DNA of 64,000 bases, taken from Actinomycetota bacterium. Its GTDB lineage: Bacteria; Actinomycetota; Actinomycetes; S36-B12; UBA10799. Location: NCBI GenBank assembly GCA_020636995.1, contig JACJWU010000006.1, positions 217,087-281,086 of the forward strand, given 5' to 3'. Positions 28,882 to 37,523 of the stretch are shown here, piece after piece. The translations under genes and the position numbers were made by a program. Position 1 is the stretch's first letter. Each line of letters opens with the position of its first letter. The notes beneath the pieces were generated by a model, which saw only the letters and a list, made by a program, of their open reading frames with translations, was not told the DNA's origin and did not search any database.

Positions 28882-29538
28882 TCACAGTCGCAGCCGGCAT
28901 CCGCCCGGTTCGGCGAAGGGATGCAACTCGGCATCGGGATCGTGACCCATCTCCTGCAGAGCGCCCCTGACCAGCCCCAGGTGCACCTGGCAGACAACTC
29001 CCGGATGTTCGCGTGCGACGTCGAGCAGCGGGCACCGGCGAAGCAGTACGGACCGCACCTCAGAATCACCGGAGGGGTCGAAACCCAAGACGTCGAGCAG
29101 GCGCACGACCTCGGCGCGCGCCTCCCGGGCGCTGTCGGCCACTACACCCTCGACCATGCCCCTGCCCCATTCGGCTCCCGCGACACGGGCGTCCAGCTCC
29201 GGATCCGGGCTGCGTTGCGCCACCACTGACGCCAGCGCGGCGGCGAGGTAGGCGTAGTCGCGGATCCGGGGATCGGCGTCCTGGGGCGCACCGGACAGGT
29301 AGGTCATCGGAGGTCGTCCACGGCCCGCGGGGACTCCGGGTCGGCGCACGGCGAGTCCGGCGTCCACCAAGCCGTCGAGATGCAGCCGTGCGGAGTTGTC
29401 GTGAAGGTCGAGAGACCGCGCGACTTGCGCCGGGGTCACAGGGTCCGCGCAGGACTGCAAATGTTCCAGCACACGTGCCCGCGCCGCCGACAGGTTGAGC
29501 AGCGCTGCTCGTCGCGACGGCGCCGGACTATTTACCAC
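28882..29538 (-). CDS. Winged-HTH (ArsR/COG2345-like) transcriptional regulator with C-terminal Cys/His motif, paralog of 43576..44355
   Basis: The wHTH is present (VLEHLQSCADPVTPAQVARSLDLHDNSARLHLDGLVDAGL...GRGRP), with tail CPLLDVAREHPGVVCQVH. I propose a GTG start at 29538; the track ORF runs to 29646. Confidence 0.7.
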   Translation of the reverse strand: MVNSPAPSRRAALLNLSAARARVLEHLQSCADPVTPAQVARSLDLHDNSARLHLDGLVDAGLAVRRPGVPAGRGRPPMTYLSGAPQDADPRIRDYAYLAAALASVVAQRSPDPELDARVAGAEWGRGMVEGVVADSAREARAEVVRLLDVLGFDPSGDSEVRSVLLRRCPLLDVAREHPGVVCQVHLGLVRGALQEMGHDPDAELHPFAEPGGCRLRL

Positions 29539-29564
29539 AGGTATGAGTGTAGTAAATTGACTCC

Positions 29565-29849
29565 ATGCAGAGCGAACTGAAGTTGACGAAGGCGTCGAGT
29601 TGCCGGTGCGGAGAGCACAACGCGGGCGACCCGATCCTGGATGCACGGACCATCCCGCACGAGATCAGGCACCCGGCCATCTTCGGCGCTCTGGATTCCC
29701 TCAAGTCCGGCAGCGCGATCGAACTGATCGCCCCGCATGATCCGATCCCGCTCCTGGCACAGGTCACGAAGCGCTATCCGGACGGATTCGAGGTCAGTTA
29801 CCTCGTCGAGGGCCCGGAGGAGTGGCGACTCCGACTCGCCCGGCGCTGA
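29565..29849 (+). CDS. DUF2249 domain-containing protein
   Basis: The 94-aa protein has the pattern LDARTIPHEIRHPAIFGALDSLKSGSAIELIAPHDPIPLL, typical of DUF2249. Confidence 0.75.
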   Translation: MQSELKLTKASSCRCGEHNAGDPILDARTIPHEIRHPAIFGALDSLKSGSAIELIAPHDPIPLLAQVTKRYPDGFEVSYLVEGPEEWRLRLARR

Positions 29850-29863
29850 ATACCCTGGGTGCC

Positions 29864-30451
29864 ATGACTGCTTCGCATTGGGAGTCTGTGCACTCGACCA
29901 AAGGCGCCGACGTCAGTTGGCGGCAGACGGCCGACCAGGTGTGGATCGACCTCGTCGACGACTTGGCACTCGACCCCGCGGCGCCCGTGGTGGATGTGGG
30001 GTCCGGGTCGTCGCTGTTCGTGGATGCGCTGGTCGGCGCCGGCTTCCGGGATGTGACCGCGGTCGACGTCTCCGCAGCAGCACTTGCCAGCCTCCGATCG
30101 CGCGTGGGCGACAGCGCGCACCTGGTTGTGTCGGATGTCCTCGAGTTCGTCAGCCCCCGGCCGGTCCGGCTATGGCACGACCGCGCGGTCTTCCACTTCC
30201 TGGTGGACCCCGCCGACCAGTCACGGTACGCGCGGAATCTGCACGCTTCACTGTCGCCTGACGGCCACGCGATCATCGCCACTTTCGCCCCCGAGGGTCC
30301 CGAGACGTGCAGCGGGCTACCGGTGCAGCGGTGGGCGGCCGACGACATCGCCGCTGCGCTGGGACTCACCCTCGTCAGGTCCGAAAGCCGGGTACACACC
30401 ACCCCGTGGGAGTCGACGCAACCCTTCACGATCGCCGTTCTACGACCCTGA
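29864..30451 (+). CDS. Class I SAM-dependent methyltransferase
   Basis: Motif I is present (VVDVGSGSSLF), with an acidic residue after beta-2 (VTAVDVS). I chose ATG 29864. Confidence 0.8.
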   Translation: MTASHWESVHSTKGADVSWRQTADQVWIDLVDDLALDPAAPVVDVGSGSSLFVDALVGAGFRDVTAVDVSAAALASLRSRVGDSAHLVVSDVLEFVSPRPVRLWHDRAVFHFLVDPADQSRYARNLHASLSPDGHAIIATFAPEGPETCSGLPVQRWAADDIAAALGLTLVRSESRVHTTPWESTQPFTIAVLRP

Positions 30452-31199
30452 CCTCATCACCAACGCGCAGTTCGCCCAGCGTCCTGTGCACCGCGTTCTG
30501 ACCGAACATCACCCCACCCTTTGCCTTGCGGAACGTGCCGAGTGTGCGAAGCGGTTCACCGTCGCCGCGGATGCCTGTGGCTTGATCCACACGGGTGATC
30601 GCACATCGGGCGCACGGTTTGACCACGTCGATCGGGATGCTGCCGACCTCGATGCGCAGCCAGTCATCCTCGACGAACGGCGCCGACCCCGAGACCACCA
30701 GATTCGGCCGGAAGCGGTTCATCGGCAGGGGGTCGGGCACGCGGGTGTTGAGATCAGCCAACGATTCCTCGGTGGCGATGAGCAACGGGTACCCGTCGGA
30801 GAAACCGACCTCACCGTGGCCGAGTTCGGTGGGGCGTGTGTGCCCCGGTGCTAAGGCCACCAGCCGGCATCGCCGTTCCACATGGTCGCTGAGTAGCGCC
30901 CCCACGTCATCGCCGCAGTCGAGGGCCGGTCCGGTGTGTTCCCAGACGCTGACCTCCACCCGTTCACCTGGTTGTGCGACAGCGCTGCCGCCCGGGGTCA
31001 CGACGCGCAGTTGCTCGCCGAGTTCGGGCCGCACAGTGGCCAGCCGGGGTGCCTCGCGCTGGGTCAGGAACCGGCCCTGCTCGTCGACCACCATGTAGGA
31101 CCGGTCGCCCACCAGCCCGCGCTCATCCAGGGCCCAGTCGTCGACCGACAACCCTGCGCAGGACTTGATGGGATAGACGAACAGCCCGGTCAGACGCAT
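30426..31199 (-). CDS. MOSC domain-containing protein (with N-terminal MOSC beta-barrel)
   Basis: The N-terminus MRLTGLFVYPIKSC and the conserved Cys region (VKPCARCAIT) are present. I chose ATG 31199. Confidence 0.85.
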   Translation of the reverse strand: MRLTGLFVYPIKSCAGLSVDDWALDERGLVGDRSYMVVDEQGRFLTQREAPRLATVRPELGEQLRVVTPGGSAVAQPGERVEVSVWEHTGPALDCGDDVGALLSDHVERRCRLVALAPGHTRPTELGHGEVGFSDGYPLLIATEESLADLNTRVPDPLPMNRFRPNLVVSGSAPFVEDDWLRIEVGSIPIDVVKPCARCAITRVDQATGIRGDGEPLRTLGTFRKAKGGVMFGQNAVHRTLGELRVGDEVRVVERRS

Positions 31200-31290
31200 G
31201 GTGCCATTGTTGCCCCGGTGACTGCGTTGGTGTGGGGGCACCCGAACCCACGAGGGGTGGGATGTGGGTGCCGTTCGGGGCGACTACGCC

Positions 31291-31342
31291 GGAAGGTTGA
31301 ATGAGACCGACAACTTAATGGTCGTTTTCATTCAACCTTTCC
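31291..31342. repeat. Hairpin element GGAAGGTTGAATGAGACCGAC / GTCGTTTTCATTCAACCTTTCC, related to 39833..39878
   Basis: An imperfect stem of about 20 bp with a 9-nt loop lies just downstream of the K+ channel gene. It shares AAGGTTGAATGAGA-CGACAAC with the narG-narH spacer. Confidence 0.75.
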
Positions 31343-31399
31343 GCCGCGGCGCCTCAGTTGACGTGTGGACGCCCACAATCCGTGGGGTTCCGCCGGATT

Positions 31400-33124
31400 T
31401 CAGCGATCCACCAGGGTCCGCCAGATCCAGGACTGGCCCACCCGGTCGCCGGTCAACACGTACTCCGCCGCAGTCGGCACGCTCACGGTGGTGTCGAGGG
31501 CCCGCCGGTCATAACTCATTCCCACCAGCAGGAGCTCGTCGCCGGCCTGCAGAGGCTCGTCGTCCGCGGGCGTCAGCAGGACGGCATCCCCCCGCTTGAG
31601 CAGCAGCACAACGGCGTCGAGCTCCCGGGTCCGGTCCTGCGGATCGCGCAGCAACCCCGCAACTGTCGCCTGCTCGAGGTGGGGGATCAATGCGGGAGCA
31701 CCGGTCGGCGTCATCGCCAGCGTCCAGATGTCCGGTCGCTCCGTGCCGCATCTGGTCGTGATGCGTTCGAGGAGGGCCTGACCCCACTCATCGGTGTGGT
31801 GCTGAGCCTGCTGCACGAAGTCCCACAGCAGCGGATCACCTATCCGGGCCAGTACCTCATGCGCGATCAGCTTCGTCGGCAAAAGGGTGGAGTCGATCGG
31901 CAGGCCGTCGAACAGCGGCGTGTTGGCGGGATCGTTCTGGCGGGCGATCGTGAACAGCCGGGGGTTCGCCTTCTTCGCGGACACCAGCAGCGACAGGTTC
32001 GTGATGTCGTTGTTCGTCGCCGCCGCGAACGCGACAGCCGACCCGAGGTCGGCCCGCTCCAGGACCTCGGGGTCGGTGGCGTCCCCGGTGATAACCTCAA
32101 CGCCCTCCAGTGGGCCGGAGTTCTCATCGATCACGGTGACTGGGATCCCGGATCGCCGTAGATCCGCTGTGAGGTGCCCACCGAATCGTCCGTAGCCACA
32201 GACGACCCAGCGCCCGTGCTGTGGGATGGCCATGGCCTTGGGCAACGGATCCTCCGGGTTCGACGTCAGCCATGAGATCAGTTGGTAGGCGTGCGGGGCC
32301 CGCAGCGCCACGAGCAGTTCGTCACCGAAGAGGTTGAAGGGATCGATGATGATGGGGCTTCCGAACGCACGAATACGTTCTATGAGCACGTCTTCCATCG
32401 TGCGGCAGACCACCGGCACGTCCGGACGCATCAGCGCCGCGGACATGGTGATCGCGAGGTTCGCCTCGTCATCGTTGGTCAGGGCGATCACACCGGAGCA
32501 GTACTTGCTCATCAGGCCGGCCCGACGCAGTTCGTGGGGGTTGCTCGCGTCGGCGGGCAACCCCGGGACGTCGGAATGGAAGGCCGCGAGATCCAGCGCC
32601 TCGATGCGGCCCGGCTCCACATCGAGGACCACCACCCGATGGTCGCGACGGTCGAGCGAGCGAGCCACAACCTCACCGGCCTGCCCGAATCCGGCCAGGA
32701 TCACGAACGGTTCCCGCATCCGTCGCACCTGTCGTTCGAAGCGCTGCAGACCGAGCGCCTCCTTGAACCCTCGGTCCTGCAGCAGCGCCAGCACCGAGCC
32801 GATCGCATACGCCCACGCCACCACGCTGAGGTAGATCGTGACGATGACCCACGCCCTTTGCGCCGTGCTGAACGGGTAGGGGATCTCCCCGAAGCCGATG
32901 GTCGTGGCCGTGTAACTCATGAAGTAGAACGCGTCGAACAGATCCATGCGCCAGGGCTGGCCCTCGATGTCCTGTCCGGGCACAAGGGTCAGGCCGAGAA
33001 CACTGATCGCGAACAGGGAGATCAGCACGATCAAGGGCAGACGCATCCGGCGCAGCACCAGGAAGATCGCGGTGGTCGAGGGCCCCTGCGAGGCCACCCG
33101 TCGAACGGGTGCGGGGCTGCTCAT
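31400..33124 (-). CDS. Two-TM potassium channel family protein with tandem RCK (TrkA-N) domains
   Basis: The pore region is YTATTIGFGE. Two Rossmann-like RCK domains are present (ILAGFGQAGE..., VVCGYGRFGG...). Confidence 0.85.
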   Translation of the reverse strand: MSSPAPVRRVASQGPSTTAIFLVLRRMRLPLIVLISLFAISVLGLTLVPGQDIEGQPWRMDLFDAFYFMSYTATTIGFGEIPYPFSTAQRAWVIVTIYLSVVAWAYAIGSVLALLQDRGFKEALGLQRFERQVRRMREPFVILAGFGQAGEVVARSLDRRDHRVVVLDVEPGRIEALDLAAFHSDVPGLPADASNPHELRRAGLMSKYCSGVIALTNDDEANLAITMSAALMRPDVPVVCRTMEDVLIERIRAFGSPIIIDPFNLFGDELLVALRAPHAYQLISWLTSNPEDPLPKAMAIPQHGRWVVCGYGRFGGHLTADLRRSGIPVTVIDENSGPLEGVEVITGDATDPEVLERADLGSAVAFAAATNNDITNLSLLVSAKKANPRLFTIARQNDPANTPLFDGLPIDSTLLPTKLIAHEVLARIGDPLLWDFVQQAQHHTDEWGQALLERITTRCGTERPDIWTLAMTPTGAPALIPHLEQATVAGLLRDPQDRTRELDAVVLLLKRGDAVLLTPADDEPLQAGDELLLVGMSYDRRALDTTVSVPTAAEYVLTGDRVGQSWIWRTLVDR

Positions 33125-33511
33125 CTACTGCCGCCGGAAGGACACGGTTTCAACGACGAGCAGAGTCACGGAGATGATGTTCGCCAGCAGGGCGCCGCCG
33201 GACAGCGAAACGACGCTGGAGATCTGCTCGGTGTTCAGCGCCCCATCGCTAACGTTTGTGAAGATCGCCCACAGCGCGGCAGCCGCCACCAGTTGCAGGC
33301 TCGCCACCAGACTGGTGGCCAGATGGATCGCGCCGATCTGCGTTCGGTCCCCGAACTTCATCACGAGCGCGATCAGGTTGACCACCACCGCCGCGAAGAG
33401 CTCCCACTCGTTGTGGACCGCCGGATTATCGATCGGACCGATGAAGAACCCGAAATTGAGGGTCGCGGCCAGCACGACGAAGAAGCCGAAAACCACCTTC
33501 TCGAAGTTCAC
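33125..33511 (-). CDS. Small integral membrane protein co-transcribed with the K+ channel
   Basis: The 128-aa protein has 4 TM helices. GTG 33511 is preceded by AAGGAGGGGG. Its stop abuts the channel ATG. The 396-aa track ORF is an over-extension. Confidence 0.6.
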   Translation of the reverse strand: MNFEKVVFGFFVVLAATLNFGFFIGPIDNPAVHNEWELFAAVVVNLIALVMKFGDRTQIGAIHLATSLVASLQLVAAAALWAIFTNVSDGALNTEQISSVVSLSGGALLANIISVTLLVVETVSFRRQ

Positions 33512-33656
33512 GGCCCCCTCCTTTCGTCCGAGGGCGAGTGTAGTGGCGATGCCGCACTCGATGCCGTACTCGGTACGTGTGGCTGGCACGGCACGAACCG
33601 GGTACGTAGTATGCGTTTGTCCCGAAAGCCGGGCAGCACACACCGAAAGGAACCCG

Positions 33657-33833
33657 ATGAGCGACGAAGAGACCAACCCCCTCGGCGACGGCGGTGCGGA
33701 CGGCGGTGCCGACAGCGGCGCGCATGGTCCGGCTGATGGTGGCGCGGGCACCGGCCACGACGGCGGTGCCGACGGCGGCGCGGACGGCGGTGCCGACGGC
33801 GGTGCCGACGGCGGCGCGGACGGCGGTGCGTGA
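33657..33833 (+). CDS. Candidate 58-aa acidic (DGGA)n repeat micro-protein
   Basis: ATG 33657 is preceded by GAAAGGAA. A 12-bp tandem repeat (33687..33830) is in frame. The stop TGA (33831..33833) overlaps the GTG start (33830) of the next gene. All frames are open here, so coding status is unproven. Confidence 0.4.
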   Translation: MSDEETNPLGDGGADGGADSGAHGPADGGAGTGHDGGADGGADGGADGGADGGADGGA

Positions 33834-34999
33834 CAGCTCTCTCCCGCCTGTGCTCTGCACCCGCTGAGCGGTTCGCCGGCGAGATCTGGGGGCGGCGCGA
33901 ATGGTTGTCCACGGGTATGCCCGTCGACGACCTGTTCTCGCTGGCCGCCGCCGACGAACTGCTCAGCAGGCGTGGCCTGCGTACCCCCTTCCTGCGGATG
34001 GCCGCCGACGGCCGTGTTTTGCCGACCGGACGGTTCACAGGATCGGGAGGGGCGGGTGCGAACGTGGCCGATCAGGTGCGCGACGAGGCCGTACTCGGTC
34101 TCTTCGCGGATGGCGCCACGGTCGTGTTGCAGGGCCTTCACCGACTCTGGGAACCGGTGGGGGCCATCGCAGCGGAGCTCGCTGATGAACTCGGTCACCC
34201 GGTTCAGGTCAACGCCTACATCACACCGGCGCAGTCCCAGGGGTTCGATCCTCACTACGACACCCACGATGTGTTCGTCCTGCAGGTCAGCGGCAGCAAA
34301 CACTGGCGCGTCCATGCACCGGTGTTGACCGACCCCATGCCGGACCAGCCGTGGGGCCTGGTGTCCGAGCAGGTCGTGGCGCGCGCTGAAGGGACCCCCC
34401 TGCTCGACGCCGTCCTGTCACCCGGCGACTGCCTGTACCTTCCGCGGGGCTTCATCCACTCCGCAGTGGCCCTCGAGCAGGTCAGCGCCCACTTGACCTT
34501 CGGCATCCACAACGTGACTCAACGCGACGTGGTCTCGGCCGCCGTAGAGGAGTTGCGCACCAGCGGATGGCAACCGACGCTACCGGTCGGATGGGATCCG
34601 GCCAGCGACCTCGCGGGCATCCGTGAGGTGATTGAAGAAGCCGCCGAGCGTCTGCGGCTGATCGATCCGGCATCCGTCGCCGCCCGTCTGCTCGACAAGC
34701 GCGCTGCGGCGCAACGGCCTGAGCCACTGGCACCACTGGCCATGGCGCAGGCCGCCTCGAATCTCACCGCCGGGGACGTCGTGCGGTGGCGCCGCCATTC
34801 GGGAGCGAGGCTGCAGGGGACCGTTCTGCGCGTGAGTGATACTCGGACGGTGACGTTGACCCAGACCGAGACGCCGGCCGTAGAGCAGTTGCTGCCCGGG
34901 AAACCTCATCGAGTCGGCGATCTCCCGGGGGACAGCCCCGTGGAACTCGTCGCGCGCCTCATCCGGGAGGGCGTCGTCGTCCTGGCCGACGATGACTGA
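33830..34999 (+). CDS. JmjC/cupin-4 family 2-oxoglutarate oxygenase-like protein
   Basis: The 389-aa protein resembles the cupin-4 family (VNAYITPAQSQGFDPHYDTHDVFVLQVSGSKHW; HxD...H arrangement with a later FIHSAV). Confidence 0.75.
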   Translation: MTALSRLCSAPAERFAGEIWGRREWLSTGMPVDDLFSLAAADELLSRRGLRTPFLRMAADGRVLPTGRFTGSGGAGANVADQVRDEAVLGLFADGATVVLQGLHRLWEPVGAIAAELADELGHPVQVNAYITPAQSQGFDPHYDTHDVFVLQVSGSKHWRVHAPVLTDPMPDQPWGLVSEQVVARAEGTPLLDAVLSPGDCLYLPRGFIHSAVALEQVSAHLTFGIHNVTQRDVVSAAVEELRTSGWQPTLPVGWDPASDLAGIREVIEEAAERLRLIDPASVAARLLDKRAAAQRPEPLAPLAMAQAASNLTAGDVVRWRRHSGARLQGTVLRVSDTRTVTLTQTETPAVEQLLPGKPHRVGDLPGDSPVELVARLIREGVVVLADDD

Positions 35000-35855
35000 C
35001 ACATTCCGCTGCTCGTGGGCCTCACGACGGCGCGGGGACAGCCTGATCGCCACGGCTCCGCCCGCACAGCGCTGGCTGCTCATCGAGCGGGAGGGACCCT
35101 GGCCACGCCGCGCCCTCGACGTCTTCGAACCCGCCGCCGCACGACAGGTGGCCGACCGGGCCCACACTCTCGGCGCTCGGATCAGCCTCATCCGCCGACC
35201 CGCCCGCCATCCGCGGACACCCGGCCCATTCCGCTGGGCGGTCGCCGACATCCGCCCGGGCCAGGAGGGTATCCGGTGGAACGTCGCCCAGTCCCTCGAC
35301 GACGTGGTGCACACGCCCTGGGAGGTGACTGCCGGGGAGGGTGAACCGGTGGCCTTGGTGTGCTGCCACAGCAAACACGACGTGTGCTGCGCACTACGCG
35401 GACGCCCGGTCGCCGCCGCCATGGACCCGCTGTGGCCGGGTCGGGTCTGGGAATGTTCACACCTCGGCGGTGACCGCTTCGCCGCCACGGCGGTGCTGTT
35501 GCCACACGGGTTGTGCTACGGCCGACTGGATCCGGACAGCGGCCCCGCCGCGCTGAAGGCCTTCGAGCACGACACGGTTGTGCCGGAACACCTGCGTGGA
35601 CGCAGCGCCTTCAGTCGGCACGTGCAGGCGGCCCAGGCTCTGGCGCGGGAGGCGGGTCGGGGCAGCGACGCCATCGACGGGCTGCAGCCACTACACGTGA
35701 CGGGCCTCGGCGACGGTCTCATCGAGGTCGATCTCGCCGACCCCGATCTCCGCATCCGATTCCGGGAACGGGAAGTCACACTCAGCACCCCGGCCACCTG
35801 TCACGCACTCAGACCTGGCACGGCCTTCGAGTACGAGACGCTCAGCATCACCTAG
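34992..35855 (+). CDS. Sucrase/ferredoxin-like (thioredoxin-fold Fe-S) family protein
   Basis: The Cys cluster VCCHSKHDVCCALRG and the downstream SHLGGDRFA are typical of the Suc_Fer-like family. The ATG overlaps the upstream stop by 8 nt. Confidence 0.75.
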   Translation: MTDTFRCSWASRRRGDSLIATAPPAQRWLLIEREGPWPRRALDVFEPAAARQVADRAHTLGARISLIRRPARHPRTPGPFRWAVADIRPGQEGIRWNVAQSLDDVVHTPWEVTAGEGEPVALVCCHSKHDVCCALRGRPVAAAMDPLWPGRVWECSHLGGDRFAATAVLLPHGLCYGRLDPDSGPAALKAFEHDTVVPEHLRGRSAFSRHVQAAQALAREAGRGSDAIDGLQPLHVTGLGDGLIEVDLADPDLRIRFREREVTLSTPATCHALRPGTAFEYETLSIT

Positions 35856-35895
35856 ATGGCCCGGAGCGCTCGGCTCACGGCCTGCCGCCCTCAGT

Positions 35896-35956
35896 GTTGA
35901 GTGTTGCGTGGTTACGGGTTTCGGGGCCTGGGATCGGTAACCGCGCAGCAATCAAC
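35896..35956. terminator. Long 20-bp-stem hairpin between convergent genes
   Basis: GTTGAGTGTTGCGTGGTTAC (35896..35915) pairs with GTAACCGCGCAGCAATCAAC (35937..35956). On the + strand there are 17 Watson-Crick pairs, 2 G-U pairs and 1 mismatch. Confidence 0.5.
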
Positions 35957-35970
35957 TGGTGCGGCGGCCG

Positions 35971-36753
35971 TCACGCCAGCGCAAGCGCGGCCCCCACGAC
36001 AACCAACACCGAGACCACGATCTCCACCGCACCGATCACGGCTGGCCGACTCCCAGCGGGGACAGTGAACGCACGCACCGCCGCCACCCCGAAAGGCAGC
36101 AGGAGCCACACAGAGATCAGTCCCATCGCCAGGGCTGCCACGTGGAAGACGCGGGATGCGATCGCCCATCGACGATCGTCGGCTTCCCGGATGAGGGACT
36201 TCACGTGCAACACCGAACCGGTGAAGAACACCAGGCAGATGAAGGCGGCCAGCCAAGCGTCGGTGGCCGCCGGATCAGCGATGCCGAGGTTGGCGGTGTT
36301 GGTGGCGATACCCCACATCAGCGGTACGGCCACGGCGGCCTGGGCAACCAGCAGCAGATCGTTGCTCGCCCCGCGTTCGTGACCGGTCCGTGTGAGCCAC
36401 ACACTCAGCGCCCACAGGCCTGCCAGCACCGCACCCACCCACAGCAACCACGGCCGCAGGACGAGCAGTGCCACCGCGGGGACTGCCGCCATCAGAATCC
36501 ACGGCAGCCCGTCCCGCAGTTCTCGCTTGGCCAACCGCGACCACGTGCCACGTCGCCAGCGGATGACGACCGCGCGGCCCAGGTAGTAGCTGGCCGGATA
36601 GGCCAGCACCCAGGCGACAGCGAACAGCCCCGTGACCCACGACCAGCCTGCAACCAGGAACCCCAGCAGCAGTGGCACCAACAGGAAGGCCCACGCACCG
36701 TGCTGATTCGGGATGGCGATGCGTCGCGACGTCGGCGTGGTGCCAGTCGTCAC
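35971..36753 (-). CDS. YwiC-like family membrane protein (nar operon-associated)
   Basis: It has the motif NQHGAWAFLLVPLL. GTG 36753 overlaps the narI stop (GTGA). ywiC lies adjacent to narGHJI in Bacillus. Confidence 0.75.
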   Translation of the reverse strand: MTTGTTPTSRRIAIPNQHGAWAFLLVPLLLGFLVAGWSWVTGLFAVAWVLAYPASYYLGRAVVIRWRRGTWSRLAKRELRDGLPWILMAAVPAVALLVLRPWLLWVGAVLAGLWALSVWLTRTGHERGASNDLLLVAQAAVAVPLMWGIATNTANLGIADPAATDAWLAAFICLVFFTGSVLHVKSLIREADDRRWAIASRVFHVAALAMGLISVWLLLPFGVAAVRAFTVPAGSRPAVIGAVEIVVSVLVVVGAALALA

Positions 36754-37523
36754 GGCCCCCCGACCTTCTCCCACCCACGACGGGGCTGCCGGTTGCCCGC
36801 ATCATGCGGACCCCGGTCGCGATACACGATGTAGGGCCGGAAGGCGTAGCCGAACGGCGCGCTGAACGCGTGCACCAGGCGAGTGAACGGCCAGACGATG
36901 AACAGCGCCATGCCGGCCAGAGCGTGGACGCGGAAGGCCATCGGGGCCTCGGCCATCAGTTGCCCCTGCGGATCGAGGTAGAAGATCGACCGGAACCACA
37001 CGGACACGTCCTCGCGGTAGTTGTGGCCCTCCCCGAGCACGCCCGCGCCCGACAGTGTGGCCACCACGCCGAGACAGATGGCAGCCACCAGGAAGATGTA
37101 CATGGTCTTGTCGTTCTTGGTGGTGGATGCGAACACCGGCCCGACTGTGCGTCGCCGGTACACCAGCAACACGATGCCGAAGAGCGTGGCTGCTCCGGCG
37201 AAGGCACCGAGGAGCACCGCGAAGAAGTGGTAGGTCCCCTCCGAGATCCCGATCCCGTCGGTCCACGCCTGCGGGATGAGCAGCCCCACCACGTGTCCCA
37301 TGACAACGGCGAGGATGCCGAAGTGGAACAACGGACTGGCGATCCGCATCAGTTTGCGTTCGTACAGTTGACTCGAGCGGGTCGTCCAACCGAAGCGGTC
37401 GTAGCGGTAACGCCAGATCATGCCCACGACGAAGACCGCAATCGTCACATACGGCAGGACGTCCCACAGCAGGATGTCAGCGGTGCTCATGCCGGTCTCG
37501 GTGGTGTCGACAAGTGGCCTCAT
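36750..37523 (-). CDS. narI: Respiratory nitrate reductase gamma subunit
   Basis: The typical NarI N-terminus is present (LLWDVLPYVTIAVFVVGMIWRYRYDRFGWTTRSSQ), with heme-ligand His residues. Confidence 0.95.
   Translation of the reverse strand: MRPLVDTTETGMSTADILLWDVLPYVTIAVFVVGMIWRYRYDRFGWTTRSSQLYERKLMRIASPLFHFGILAVVMGHVVGLLIPQAWTDGIGISEGTYHFFAVLLGAFAGAATLFGIVLLVYRRRTVGPVFASTTKNDKTMYIFLVAAICLGVVATLSGAGVLGEGHNYREDVSVWFRSIFYLDPQGQLMAEAPMAFRVHALAGMALFIVWPFTRLVHAFSAPFGYAFRPYIVYRDRGPHDAGNRQPRRGWEKVGGP

Noticed and set aside
33512-33656. A possible c-di-AMP (ydaO-type) or other riboswitch in the leader of the small-membrane-protein/K+ channel operon.
   Set aside because: Only a short palindrome (CGTACCGAGTACG) is visible, and I could recognise none of the conserved ydaO motif blocks.
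33125-34315. A 396-aa minus-strand ORF covering the tandem repeat and part of the cupin gene.
   Set aside because: Only the last 128 codons (from GTG 33511, with a strong SD) encode a plausible membrane protein. The upstream part reads (PPSA)n through the 12-bp repeat and overlaps the cupin gene.
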